Source of the DNA: a virus
Direction: 5' to 3' (one strand)
Length of the DNA: 64,000 bases
IMG/VR virus record: IMGVR_UViG_3300045988_180880
Coordinates: 128,001 to 192,000 of that record
Below the pieces are notes generated by a model that saw only the letters and a list, made by a program, of their open reading frames with translations, searched no databases and had not been told where the DNA came from. A program made the position numbers and the translations under genes. This document shows, in pieces, positions 1-9,532 of this stretch. How positions within the stretch are numbered: position 1 is the stretch's first letter; every line of letters begins with the position of its first letter.

Positions 1-185
1 TCAGTTGTCTTTTTAGATAAACTGCTTTCCAATAAATCAATCAGAGTTTTCTTATCTACATATGTCATATTTTTAATAACTCTGATAGTAATTAAACCAG
101 ATTTACCCCAGTTTGTAATAGTTTGTGTACTTACTTTTGCTAACTTTGCAGCATCAGTTCTTGTAATCCATTTTTCTTTTTTCAT
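1..185 (-). CDS. helix-turn-helix DNA-binding protein, partial (continues past left edge)
   Basis: Minus-strand ATG at 185..183. Reads MKKEKWITRTDAAKLAKVSTQTITNWGKSGLITIRV..., a MerR/excisionase-like HTH pattern. Not in the ORF track because the window edge truncates it. Confidence 0.5.
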   Translation of the reverse strand, partial: MKKEKWITRTDAAKLAKVSTQTITNWGKSGLITIRVIKNMTYVDKKTLIDLLESSLSKKTT

Positions 186-240
186 CTTCTTTTAAATTTT
201 AATTTATACACTAATAAGGCTTTGAAGAAGAGCCTATTTT

Positions 241-251
241 CCTTATAAATG
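241..251 (+). promoter_or_regulatory. phage promoter motif (CCTTATAWATG family)
   Basis: ccttataaatg; motif ends 20 nt before ATG 271, at the head of the + block. Confidence 0.6.
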
Positions 252-270
252 ATTATGAAATATTTTTATT

Positions 271-1257
271 ATGAAAAGAATAAAACAAGTAATTAGAAAA
301 AATCTACCTGAGACTAATAGTAGTTCGTCTCACTCTGTAGTAATCTGTGTTGATCCTAATTCATTGGTTGATACACTTCCTATGGATTCAGAGGGAGTTA
401 TACATGTTCCTAGAAGATCTGAATCATTTGGTTGGGAGTATGAAAAATATAATGATCCAATGACTAAACTTCAGTATGTATGTGGTATAATTTGGAAATA
501 TAAGAGTAATCGGAAGAAAGTAAAACTCTTAAAAGAAATTGTCCTAGGATATACTGGAGCAAAGGATATAGTATTTGACTGGGAAGAAAACAGGTCAAGT
601 GATGATATTGTTGAAGAGGATGAGGATTATTACTGGGATTCTGGTGCTCCTGAGATAGATCATAATAGTTATGATATATTTCCTGAAATTATGGAATCAG
701 CTAGATCAATTAAGAATTTTATATTTAATTCAAGATCTTGGCTATATTTAGGAAATGATAATTCAGATGCTCCAGAGGGTTTCTATGAAGAAGAAACTGA
801 TGACCCAGAAATTATCGTTAGTGTTGATTATGGAGGAGATATAGGTAGAGTTGATTTTGAATATAATAAATCAGTAGGTTGTGATATAGAGAATTATCTG
901 AAAAACGAATCTTTAATTTCAGATATAGTTTATAATATCAAAACCAAAAAATTTGAAAAAAATCTTGGAATGGAAAAGTGGAGAGGATTTCATAGTGATA
1001 ATCAGCTTACTTTTAGACCTATTTCTCTTAGTGATAGAAAATTATATTGGATTAGTGAAAGTCTGGAAAAAGAGATTATAAATAAAACAATAATAAAAGG
1101 TGATGGTAAAAAACAAAAATCAACCTTACTATACTCACTTTCTACAAATGAAAATGAAATCTTTAAAGAGTTAATAAAAGATACTCAGACTTGGGGATCT
1201 CATTGGATTAGTTTACCGTATACAGTAATGACAAAAGAGTTCGGAAAAGTACTATGA
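271..1257 (+). CDS. hypothetical protein (acidic)
   Basis: 328-aa ORF directly downstream of the promoter motif. Its stop overlaps the next start (ATGA). Confidence 0.7.
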   Translation: MKRIKQVIRKNLPETNSSSSHSVVICVDPNSLVDTLPMDSEGVIHVPRRSESFGWEYEKYNDPMTKLQYVCGIIWKYKSNRKKVKLLKEIVLGYTGAKDIVFDWEENRSSDDIVEEDEDYYWDSGAPEIDHNSYDIFPEIMESARSIKNFIFNSRSWLYLGNDNSDAPEGFYEEETDDPEIIVSVDYGGDIGRVDFEYNKSVGCDIENYLKNESLISDIVYNIKTKKFEKNLGMEKWRGFHSDNQLTFRPISLSDRKLYWISESLEKEIINKTIIKGDGKKQKSTLLYSLSTNENEIFKELIKDTQTWGSHWISLPYTVMTKEFGKVL

Positions 1258-2198
1258 TAACAGATGAATATTCTTATATAAACGGAAATTATTATGTTAC
1301 TCTTAATAATTTATCAGGTACAAAAACTTATCGAGCATTAAGAAGAGGAGAGGAGCTTATTTCAAAGTTTCCTGATTCTATAGACTTGAAAATAACAAAT
1401 AAGTGTTCTATAGGATGTCCATTTTGTCATGAATCTAGTATCTCTGAAGGAAAGTCTTTTGACCTACAGAAAACTATTGATGTTTTATCTCAGCTTCCTA
1501 AAGTTGGAATAGAATTAGCTATTGGAGGTGGAGATGTAACTGAAGATTCTGTTATAGATGATTGTGCTGTTTTATGTAAGTGGGCAGATGATAATGGATT
1601 TGTTCCAAGACTTACCATAAATTTTAGGTCTCTAAATACTGAAGAGAAGCGTAAGAAATTTCATGATAAACTTGATATGGTAAAAGTATTTGGAGTAAGT
1701 ATTGATAGGTTTGATAAAAAGTTAATAAATACTTTAGAAGACGAATATACTACATATTTTAAAACAAAAGTATATCATATCATTGCCGGAATATTTCCCC
1801 CAGAAGATCTCCAAGAACTGATAACGTCTGGAAGACAAGTATTAATTCTTGGTTATAAAAATTGGGGAAGAGCTCTCGGCAATCCACCCAAGTATGATCT
1901 TAAGGAGTGGGAAAAGACTTTAAAGAGAATTTTGTATACTCGACAAAATAATCTATCAGCTACTATAGGATTTGATAATTTAGCGATAGAACAGCTTGGA
2001 GTACGTGATTGTATAACAGAGGCTGATTGGAAGAGAATGTATATGGGAGATGAATTTACTCATACTATGTACGTTGACGCAGTTTCAGAAATATTTGCAC
2101 CTACTTCTAGAGATTCATTTAGAGTTTCTTGGAATGATATGAAAATTTTAGAATTTTTTAATACTTATAAAAATGATAAAGTTAATAACAAAGAGTAG
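1254..2198 (+). CDS. radical SAM domain protein
   Basis: KITNKCSIGCPFCHESS contains the CxxxCxxC 4Fe-4S/SAM cluster motif near the N-terminus. Translationally coupled to the upstream ORF. Confidence 0.7.
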   Translation: MITDEYSYINGNYYVTLNNLSGTKTYRALRRGEELISKFPDSIDLKITNKCSIGCPFCHESSISEGKSFDLQKTIDVLSQLPKVGIELAIGGGDVTEDSVIDDCAVLCKWADDNGFVPRLTINFRSLNTEEKRKKFHDKLDMVKVFGVSIDRFDKKLINTLEDEYTTYFKTKVYHIIAGIFPPEDLQELITSGRQVLILGYKNWGRALGNPPKYDLKEWEKTLKRILYTRQNNLSATIGFDNLAIEQLGVRDCITEADWKRMYMGDEFTHTMYVDAVSEIFAPTSRDSFRVSWNDMKILEFFNTYKNDKVNNKE

Positions 2199-2808
2199 AT
2201 ATTATAAAATTCTTGGAAAGGAAATTTATAAAGACTATGTAAAATATTCTAAAGTAGTATTTCCTGAAGAGAGATGGAGTAAGTTTCTTAGTATCTCAGA
2301 GTCTTCATGTATATATTTTCTTTTGGAAGAGGAAAATAAAGTTTTTGTATATATTCCTTCCCTCGAAGTATTATTAATTCCAGGAATGTATAAAAATTCA
2401 GATGACTTATATAATAAAATTTTAGCTTCAGAAACAACATTAAGTAATTGGAAGGTAAGTTTAATAAAAGAACTGAAACCCTCTGAACATAAGCAAGATT
2501 ATATTTTGAATACTTTTAAAATAGGGAACTTTCAATGTCTTCTTGATAGAAGTACTTCTGAAATTGTGTATACTTCTGGGAAATATAGGTTGATTAATTC
2601 TGATTTTCCTGAAGATTCAATGGATTTTTCGTTAACTAATAATCTTGGAGATCCAGATGCTTATTGGAAAAGTACATATTTAGCATTTCCAGAGAAATCA
2701 GAGATAATGTTATCAGATAAACCTAAATTACAACTAATTGAAGATTTAATTGCAATTATATTAAATGAAAACGGAAGAAATTATCAAAGAACTGATAGCA
2801 AGAGTTAA
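2173..2808 (+). CDS. hypothetical protein
   Basis: 211-aa ORF tiling the + block; start uncertain because it overlaps the upstream ORF by 26 nt. Confidence 0.6.
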   Translation: MIKLITKSRYYKILGKEIYKDYVKYSKVVFPEERWSKFLSISESSCIYFLLEEENKVFVYIPSLEVLLIPGMYKNSDDLYNKILASETTLSNWKVSLIKELKPSEHKQDYILNTFKIGNFQCLLDRSTSEIVYTSGKYRLINSDFPEDSMDFSLTNNLGDPDAYWKSTYLAFPEKSEIMLSDKPKLQLIEDLIAIILNENGRNYQRTDSKS

Positions 2809-3178
2809 TAGTACTCTTAGTTATTATGAGAAAGATTATGTCAGTGTTAAGAGAACTCCATATGCTGAGCGAGAGAGATGTGTTAGCTTTGAACAATACA
2901 TAGAAGCTAGGTTTAATTATGAGTGTTCTAAGATTCCAGAATTATATGATGCAGTAATAGCAACAGACGGACATTTATTTTCTTGTACAGAATTAATTGA
3001 TCCTGATACAGCAAAAAGAAGGTTTACTACTGCATCAGTTGTTCTTGTAGATCCAAAAACGCTGATAGGAGCAAACGAAAATCTTATTAATGAGATATAC
3101 AGGATTCATGATTATCTTGGAGGATCTTGTATAAAATTCAATAATGTTAAGAAAAAAATTAAGTTTACAATTGAGTAA
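2765..3178 (+). CDS. hypothetical protein
   Basis: 137-aa ORF in the + block. Confidence 0.6.
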   Translation: MKTEEIIKELIARVNSTLSYYEKDYVSVKRTPYAERERCVSFEQYIEARFNYECSKIPELYDAVIATDGHLFSCTELIDPDTAKRRFTTASVVLVDPKTLIGANENLINEIYRIHDYLGGSCIKFNNVKKKIKFTIE

Positions 3179-3190
3179 AAGAGAAAAATT

Positions 3191-4786
3191 ATGAAGAAAA
3201 ATTCTTGGAGATTAACAAGTGATTTGATAGCTTATTTTCCGTGTGACTTATCAGTTTCAGCAGGGAAGCGTGTTTTTTTAGCCTCTCCTGAAAAAAAGTC
3301 TTATAAAGCGGCAGTACAAAAGAATATCGAATCTGCTTTTGATGAAGTGATTATTGAATCTAATTCATTTAAATTAAAAGTATCTAATGATCTTAGTGTT
3401 TATGTAAAGTGTGATGAATTTCCTGATCCAGAACAATATTACTTAGTTTGTAATATGTATCGGACAGCTTTTGGAGTTCCTATGATTGGCAATATAATTA
3501 CTCAGGTTAAGAGTGATAAAGCTAATTTTGGAGACACAGTATTTGAAGCAGTATTTTCAGAAGATTCTCAAGAAAGTGTTTATTTTATGACACCTGAAAT
3601 GGCGGAATATAAAAGTGCTTTCGAAGAGATGAAGCGTAGAATGAATTGTACTTTAAATAAAAAAGTAAAGAAGTGGATTCCTGGTGGAAGATATGATACA
3701 TTAACAAATACGTATTATTATCTTGGAGAATTTAAGAGTAGAAAAAAGAACGAGTTAAATTCTGATTTTCTTGGAGATTCTTCAATGGTTCCAGCGTATC
3801 TATATGTTTCTGAACTTGGAGATGAGAAAAAAATCTCTGACATTCTAAAAACCAGAAAAATTGGTTCTGGACCGGAAGATATTCAGATTATGTACTCTCT
3901 TCCAAGCGCTGTAGATTCTGGAAATGTTTTGGAGAATGATATAACTTGTCTGAAAGATTATCAAAAGTATATCTTTGATAATTCAATGAAGGAATATACA
4001 ATTACTTCAGATTATGGATTTTCTAGTTATTCAAATCCTAAATATATTCTTGATATTCTTTCATTGAAATCAAGTGAATCAGATTCTTATGCAGATCTTA
4101 TTCCTGAATCTGTTTCTGAAATGATTAAGAATATGTTACATGAAGTTGTATTATGTTCTTGGGATTTGAATAAGAATAGAGAAGACATTTATATTGGTGA
4201 AGGAAATAATAATGATAAGAATGCAGAAAACTTAGTAAGGAGATTTTATCAAGATTTTAAAGATGGAAATGCAATGAGAAATTTGTATTATAGAAAACTC
4301 TTTATAGATCTTGGAATAAATATAAATGAAATAGCAGTAGAGGTAGTAAGTCAAGGTAATCCAGAAAGTTTAATACTATCTGGAATTGAGAATTATGTAT
4401 CTTTAGGAAGTATTTATTTTAAAAATCACTTTACAGATGCTTCCAGAAAGATTAGTAGACAAAGAATTAAATCAACAAATTATACTCTAGAGGTAGTTAA
4501 ATTATCTGATTTATTCTCTGCTACACCTAATTTATTATTGGATATTAAAGATTTGATAGAAAACGCTAGAAATAATTTTGGATTAGGTGTAAGAACTTTT
4601 TATGATACTAATACCGGTACTAAAAAATCTCCGAAAATATATACAACAATTGAAGTAGATATCTTAGACTTGATTAAGTACTATGGAGGTATTAAAAATA
4701 TTCCAGAAGTTATTGTAAATGAAATTATATCAAGTAAATTTTGGAATCTTCAAGTGTTAATTGATAAAGAAGGAGTATTAGAGTGA
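3191..4786 (+). CDS. hypothetical protein
   Basis: 531-aa ORF; its stop is 1 nt from the infA-like start. Confidence 0.7.
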   Translation: MKKNSWRLTSDLIAYFPCDLSVSAGKRVFLASPEKKSYKAAVQKNIESAFDEVIIESNSFKLKVSNDLSVYVKCDEFPDPEQYYLVCNMYRTAFGVPMIGNIITQVKSDKANFGDTVFEAVFSEDSQESVYFMTPEMAEYKSAFEEMKRRMNCTLNKKVKKWIPGGRYDTLTNTYYYLGEFKSRKKNELNSDFLGDSSMVPAYLYVSELGDEKKISDILKTRKIGSGPEDIQIMYSLPSAVDSGNVLENDITCLKDYQKYIFDNSMKEYTITSDYGFSSYSNPKYILDILSLKSSESDSYADLIPESVSEMIKNMLHEVVLCSWDLNKNREDIYIGEGNNNDKNAENLVRRFYQDFKDGNAMRNLYYRKLFIDLGININEIAVEVVSQGNPESLILSGIENYVSLGSIYFKNHFTDASRKISRQRIKSTNYTLEVVKLSDLFSATPNLLLDIKDLIENARNNFGLGVRTFYDTNTGTKKSPKIYTTIEVDILDLIKYYGGIKNIPEVIVNEIISSKFWNLQVLIDKEGVLE

Positions 4787-4787
4787 T

Positions 4788-5069
4788 ATGGCTAAGCAAG
4801 AGAATTTATCATTTACAGGAGAAGTTGTTGAAGAGCTCGGGAATTCTATGTTTTCAGTAGAATTAGATTCTATGGAGCATCAAGTATTATGTACTATATC
4901 AGGTAAAATTAGAAAAAATTATATAAGAATTCTAGCAGGAGATAAAGTGAAAATTGAAGTAAGTCCTTATGATTTAACAAAAGGACGGATTGTTACTAGA
5001 TTATCTCTTATAGAAAATAGTGATAACAAAAATAGTAGTAATAACAAAAAGAAATCAAAAAAGAAATGA
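4788..5069 (+). CDS. infA: translation initiation factor IF-1 homolog with Lys/Ser/Asn-rich C-terminal tail
   Basis: [27 protein letters not shown]...[33 protein letters not shown] aligns along its whole length with bacterial IF-1 ([28 protein letters not shown]). An extra ~20-aa basic tail follows. Confidence 0.9.
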   Translation: MAKQENLSFTGEVVEELGNSMFSVELDSMEHQVLCTISGKIRKNYIRILAGDKVKIEVSPYDLTKGRIVTRLSLIENSDNKNSSNNKKKSKKK

Positions 5070-5785
5070 TTAAGTACAACGTAACAAACAGTATGATCGG
5101 TAATATTTATCCGATTTTTTTGAGTAATAACAAACTAGTCGAAGATCCATCATACTATCTGTACAGAATTGTGAGTCCTAGTTTAAGTCCAGATCTTATT
5201 CCATATATATCATTGGAAAAGATTAGTGAAAGAACAAAAATTGGAAATCCAAAAGAATTCTGTGATAGTCAAAAGAAAAAAGCTATTCGTGAACATTTAG
5301 ATGTTATTTCTATGTGTCTTGGTAGTCGTGAAGGTCTTGAAGAAAAGGCAGTTGAGTTCTTGCAAGGAATTCTGTGGAGAGATAAACCAGTAATTGATAA
5401 TGGTTTTCCTGGATTTCCGTTGATTGAAATGGAGAATGGTAATAATATCCAGAAATCAGTAATTATTGGTCTTAGAGATACAATGAGATGGAAGTATTAT
5501 AAATTGTATCCTGGAAATTATGTTGATATTCTCTGGACTGCTAAGACTTATGCAGTATTTAAACTTTGTGGTGAAAAAGGAAAAGAGGAAGTTTGGATTG
5601 AACCGGTCGGATTATATAGTAATACAGATCCGAATATGAAAAATCCTCTTCCAGTAAATCTTGAATCTTTAGACTATCCTACCGATAGATGGTCTATTAC
5701 AAAGGGTAAACTTTCTGGATTGAATCGAGCATTGAAAAAGCTTGAATGGGAAAGTTTTAATAGAAAAGAAATTTGCGTAGATTAA
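5066..5785 (+). CDS. hypothetical protein
   Basis: 239-aa ORF; ATGA overlap with infA. Confidence 0.65.
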   Translation: MIKYNVTNSMIGNIYPIFLSNNKLVEDPSYYLYRIVSPSLSPDLIPYISLEKISERTKIGNPKEFCDSQKKKAIREHLDVISMCLGSREGLEEKAVEFLQGILWRDKPVIDNGFPGFPLIEMENGNNIQKSVIIGLRDTMRWKYYKLYPGNYVDILWTAKTYAVFKLCGEKGKEEVWIEPVGLYSNTDPNMKNPLPVNLESLDYPTDRWSITKGKLSGLNRALKKLEWESFNRKEICVD

Positions 5786-6198
5786 TTATCATAATAGTTC
5801 TAGTCCTTGGTTGGAGTGTTTATAGCCCCTCCAAGGACTTAGATTCTACTCCATTAGCTACATTTTATTATGCTAGATCGGGAAGCATTACAGCAGATGG
5901 AAGTAAAGTTCATCCTGAAAAAGTTAAAACAGGTGAACATAGATGGATTGCAGTCTCTAGAGATCTCAGAAGGAGTGGGAAATTTAACTTTGGAGATACA
6001 GTTCTAATCCAGTCTAAGAAATGTTCAGGTTTAAATGGTGAATGGATAGTAAAAGATCTTATGGGTTCTAAGCATACAAATAGAATTGATTTCTTACTGC
6101 ACCATGAAGAGATTGATTCTTTGAAATTTTGGATGCCACATAGAGTAGAAATAGTAAATAAAAAAGATAGTCTTAATCCTTTGGAAACATTGGATTGA
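5773..6198 (+). CDS. secreted 3D/DPBB-domain protein (MltA/RlpA-like cell-wall-binding fold)
   Basis: TTG start followed by a hydrophobic signal peptide ([11 protein letters not shown]). ATFYY..SGSITADGSKV...IAVSRDL...GDTVLI...VKDLMG...RIDFL resembles the 3D domain pattern aTaY..G..tAsG....iAvd...p.Gt.v.i...v.D.G..i.g.riDi. Confidence 0.55.
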   Translation: MRRLIIIIVLVLGWSVYSPSKDLDSTPLATFYYARSGSITADGSKVHPEKVKTGEHRWIAVSRDLRRSGKFNFGDTVLIQSKKCSGLNGEWIVKDLMGSKHTNRIDFLLHHEEIDSLKFWMPHRVEIVNKKDSLNPLETLD

Positions 6199-6222
6199 GG
6201 CTCTTTATTTTTCCCGTGAAAG

Positions 6223-6233
6223 CCTTATTAATG
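6223..6233 (+). promoter_or_regulatory. phage promoter motif
   Basis: ccttattaatg; ends 26 nt before ATG 6259. Confidence 0.6.
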
Positions 6234-6258
6234 AAAAGAATAAATAAAAATAAAGATT

Positions 6259-6693
6259 ATGAAAAAATTAACAAAAGAAGAAGCAGCAGAATTAAATGAA
6301 TTATTCGAAACTAGTAATTTTAAACCAGAAATGAGTGGTCTTAGTTTATATACAACACTAACTCAGATAAATTCAAAGACAATTAAACCAGGAGAAAATA
6401 ACCTTAGATTAATATCTATTCAAGGAACTGAGAAAATTTCGAAAATGATTGGTAGATTTATTACGAAGAAAAATAAAAAGCTAATTAAGATTACAGCTTA
6501 TTCAAAAAGTGGAAAAGTTCTTAAGGAGTTTGATTTTAATTGTTCTACCTTATATATAGAGAAAGGAAGACAGTCAAAAGATATAGATGAAATTACTGGA
6601 GAGATTGGATTTATACCTTTAGTAGGAGATGTATTTGTTCCAAGGTCTCATTATATTGGATTTAAAGTACTATATGATAAAGAGGGGATTTAA
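6259..6693 (+). CDS. hypothetical protein
   Basis: 144-aa ORF between a promoter motif and a hairpin terminator. Confidence 0.65.
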   Translation: MKKLTKEEAAELNELFETSNFKPEMSGLSLYTTLTQINSKTIKPGENNLRLISIQGTEKISKMIGRFITKKNKKLIKITAYSKSGKVLKEFDFNCSTLYIEKGRQSKDIDEITGEIGFIPLVGDVFVPRSHYIGFKVLYDKEGI

Positions 6694-6710
6694 TTTCCCT
6701 CTCTTTTTTC
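6681..6710 (+). terminator. rho-independent terminator
   Basis: Stem agagggga / tccctct followed by a T-run; the stop codon lies in the loop. Confidence 0.55.
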
Positions 6711-6725
6711 TTTCTCCCTTGAGAT

Positions 6726-6736
6726 TCTTATATATG
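6726..6736 (+). promoter_or_regulatory. phage promoter motif
   Basis: tcttatatatg; ends 26 nt before ATG 6762. Confidence 0.6.
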
Positions 6737-6761
6737 ATGTATAATATTAACAAAATAAATT

Positions 6762-7205
6762 ATGGTAACAAAACAAGTAACAGGAATAGTAGTGGATAAA
6801 TCTATTGAGGATATTGATAGCATAATCCATGAATGTACTGAGAAATTATCAACCAATGATATAATTTCTAAAAGTCAAGTAATTTCAATGCTTCGAAAAA
6901 TTAGATCTTTTGAAATTCCGGATGAAGTATTTGATAATCAATCTTCAGCTGAATATTATGCCAAAGAATTACTTAAGATTGGTTTTCTAGAGAATGTTAA
7001 ACAAATATTTAGAACAATTCTTAATAAACCTAATTTTTCTACTCTCGATCTTAGTAATATCCGAATGGAAATGGAATTCTCATGTTTTAAGATTAATTCA
7101 CTTGGAAAAATTTTGAAAGAACGAGGAATTAATATATGGGGTGGTTCTTATCCTGCCATAAAAATTGATTTTATTTCTGAAAATGGTGATTATATAGTTA
7201 AATAA
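6762..7205 (+). CDS. hypothetical protein
   Basis: 147-aa ORF after a promoter motif. Confidence 0.65.
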   Translation: MVTKQVTGIVVDKSIEDIDSIIHECTEKLSTNDIISKSQVISMLRKIRSFEIPDEVFDNQSSAEYYAKELLKIGFLENVKQIFRTILNKPNFSTLDLSNIRMEMEFSCFKINSLGKILKERGINIWGGSYPAIKIDFISENGDYIVK

Positions 7206-7217
7206 ATTTATTATATT

Positions 7218-7952
7218 ATGATTATTGAAGTATTAGCACAGAAATATCGCTGTGGTTGTGAGAAAGGAATGGCTGATTTAGTTATCCCTGGAATCTTGGT
7301 AAAACTTAATGCAGTAATAGAATGGGATTTTTGCAGATTTCCAGAAGAGATTAAACACGAGAAAAAAGATCCGGCCGACGAAAACTCAGAAGAAATTGAA
7401 GTAAGAACTGAGCTTAGAGATTTCTTAGGTGAAGATCCTGAATTAAAACCTGGAAATTATTTCTTATATAAAGGTCAAGTGATAGCAGTTGATTCGGCCG
7501 ATAGATTAATTCTCGTGGTTTCTGAAACTGGTTATGGAGCTCTTGATCGAATATATGAGGAAAACTTCAAGACGGAATTCGAAATGATCTTTAATGATTA
7601 TGAGATTGAAGATGTTAAATGGGAGGTAAATGATACAGGAGAAGTTCCAACTGAATATGATGAAACCTATAAAGTACCATACAACCTCTATAATATCTGG
7701 AAAGAGAGGTTTGTCTCAGGTAGAGGATTTCTTTCCCCAGGATTATGTTTGAAAGTAGTAATGAATTCAGACAGTTTCATTATGCCTCTTGAGTTTTATA
7801 TGCTTGATTGGTCGATAAGGTATAAATCATCTCAACTTGAACCGGATGAAGTAGAGTATGCAACAAAACAACTTTTATCCTGGTTTTATGATAATTATAA
7901 AAGAGTTAAACCATTAGAAAGGAGAAAAGATGAACAAGAAGAGATCAATTGA
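7218..7952 (+). CDS. hypothetical protein (acidic)
   Basis: 244-aa ORF; contains two CGGCCG sites. Confidence 0.65.
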   Translation: MIIEVLAQKYRCGCEKGMADLVIPGILVKLNAVIEWDFCRFPEEIKHEKKDPADENSEEIEVRTELRDFLGEDPELKPGNYFLYKGQVIAVDSADRLILVVSETGYGALDRIYEENFKTEFEMIFNDYEIEDVKWEVNDTGEVPTEYDETYKVPYNLYNIWKERFVSGRGFLSPGLCLKVVMNSDSFIMPLEFYMLDWSIRYKSSQLEPDEVEYATKQLLSWFYDNYKRVKPLERRKDEQEEIN

Positions 7953-8379
7953 TTTTATATTAATAATTTTCATCTTAGGATTATTATTGATTTTTGGAGG
8001 ATGTAGTAAATCTCCTGAGAGAAGAAAAACTTGGACAACTACTTCAGATTCACTTCCAAAGAAACCAACACAAGGACAAATTTTTCGTGATCGAGATAAT
8101 AATTCTTGGGCTTATAATGCAGCACTTGGAGCATGGGTATTGGGTTCTGGAGGATATAGATATTACCCTGAAACAAATTCTTATACAGATGGATCAGGAA
8201 AAACAGTGATTCCACCTAGATCTATAAGTTCAGGTATTTCAGAAGGAGTAAAAGCTAGAGTGTCTCCTAAAAAGAAAGTAGTTTTAACAAAAGAACCACA
8301 AATTAAAGAGACATCAAAAAAGAAGTATACTAGGAAGAAATCTAGAGCTCATAGGATACATAGAATGCGCAGAAGATAA
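7930..8379 (+). CDS. putative lipoprotein with basic C-terminus
   Basis: N-terminus MNKKRSIDFILIIFILGLLLIFGGCSK is a signal peptide plus a lipobox Cys. Confidence 0.6.
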   Translation: MNKKRSIDFILIIFILGLLLIFGGCSKSPERRKTWTTTSDSLPKKPTQGQIFRDRDNNSWAYNAALGAWVLGSGGYRYYPETNSYTDGSGKTVIPPRSISSGISEGVKARVSPKKKVVLTKEPQIKETSKKKYTRKKSRAHRIHRMRRR

Positions 8380-8435
8380 TAATAAAAAAGTCCTCAAGGA
8401 TAGTAAAATATTCTTGGGGATTTAATTTTACAAAG

Positions 8436-8906
8436 ATGAAAGTATATTTAGTACGTAAATTTTATTCTTTCGGACAACCTAAGTTCATTATTTACTTCTA
8501 TGCAAAATGTGGAGATCTAAAACATGTTAATCTAGATCTTATAAAAAATAATGAAGATATTGATAATTATTTCAAATCTTATTATGGAGAACTTAATGAT
8601 ACTATTCAGATTGCAATATCACTTATTTCCTCTCCTTATAAAAGACTTGGGAAATCTATTAGATTCTCGGAATCATATAATGTGAGGTCGGAACGAACAG
8701 GACAGCATTTTGAAGACTATAATAGTTCTTATGTTAAGGTTATAGATATTCCTTCTGAAATTCTTTTAGAGAAATTTAAAGCAAAGAATTTATCTCCAGA
8801 ACACATACAAATTTTTGCTAAGAAGAATCAATTTAAATTATTAAAATATATGAGATATAAATGGATAGAGAAGAATGGATTAGAAATTATGGATCCAAAG
8901 GATTGA
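8436..8906 (+). CDS. hypothetical protein
   Basis: 156-aa ORF. Confidence 0.6.
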   Translation: MKVYLVRKFYSFGQPKFIIYFYAKCGDLKHVNLDLIKNNEDIDNYFKSYYGELNDTIQIAISLISSPYKRLGKSIRFSESYNVRSERTGQHFEDYNSSYVKVIDIPSEILLEKFKAKNLSPEHIQIFAKKNQFKLLKYMRYKWIEKNGLEIMDPKD

Positions 8907-9436
8907 AAGGTGATATCTTAGTTAGAGTTTCTTATACTGACAATAATGAAGAATATTGGGTATCTAAATTTTTAGAAATCAAGAATCTTCCAGTTTATAA
9001 TTTAGCTCTTGTCGATAAAGAATTAATTTCTGAGAAAAATTTCAAGGATGAGCTGGAACTAAGAAATATTGACGATTATCTGAAGGAAAAGTATAAGGAT
9101 TGTCTAAAAACAGAATCTGTATATTTTCTAATTGATCCTGGAACAAAATTTCTGAAAAAGCGCACATCTGATAAAGGCTTGTGCTTATTCTATGAAGTTA
9201 AATTTGATTCTGAAATAAATTTGAGAGATCTTGACAATACTAGGATAATATCAGAAAATATTAGAATTTCTAAGAATAAACTCAAAGATTTTACAACGGA
9301 TTTAATGTTTGAGCTTGCGGGAGAGGCTGGTTTATTTTATGATAAGGATTATTCTCCAAGTTTATGCACTAAATTATGTTATTTTAATATTCTTAATATA
9401 TTTAGATGCTTAGAAGAAACTCTGGATCTAGTATAA
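8861..9436 (+). CDS. hypothetical protein
   Basis: 191-aa ORF; start overlaps the upstream ORF. Confidence 0.6.
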   Translation: MDREEWIRNYGSKGLKGDILVRVSYTDNNEEYWVSKFLEIKNLPVYNLALVDKELISEKNFKDELELRNIDDYLKEKYKDCLKTESVYFLIDPGTKFLKKRTSDKGLCLFYEVKFDSEINLRDLDNTRIISENIRISKNKLKDFTTDLMFELAGEAGLFYDKDYSPSLCTKLCYFNILNIFRCLEETLDLV

Positions 9437-9447
9437 AATTTTTAAGT

Positions 9448-9478
9448 AAAAGGGAATAAATTTTCCCTTTTATTTTTC
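9448..9478 (+). terminator. rho-independent terminator
   Basis: Stem aaaagggaa / ttccctttt plus a T-run. Confidence 0.55.
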
Positions 9479-9499
9479 TCCTTAAGATAACCGACAAAT

Positions 9500-9510
9500 C
9501 CTTATTAATG
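9500..9510 (+). promoter_or_regulatory. phage promoter motif
   Basis: ccttattaatg; ends 23 nt before ATG 9533. Confidence 0.6.
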
Positions 9511-9532
9511 TAACAATAAAACATTGATAATT

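Noticed and set aside
241-251. The conserved ATG at the end of the promoter motif as a start codon
   Set aside because: Downstream frames from these ATGs are short and out of frame with the real genes. At 249, for example, the ATG gives a 15-codon ORF out of frame with the gene at 271. Conservation is therefore at the DNA-motif level.
7994-8209. 71-aa ORF in the track
   Set aside because: It lies entirely inside 7930-8379 in another frame, and the lipoprotein frame has signal-peptide/lipobox logic.
9524-9532. TTG start for nadE
   Set aside because: ATG at 9533 gives the usual ~23-nt spacing from the promoter motif, whereas TTG 9524 would start only 14 nt after it.
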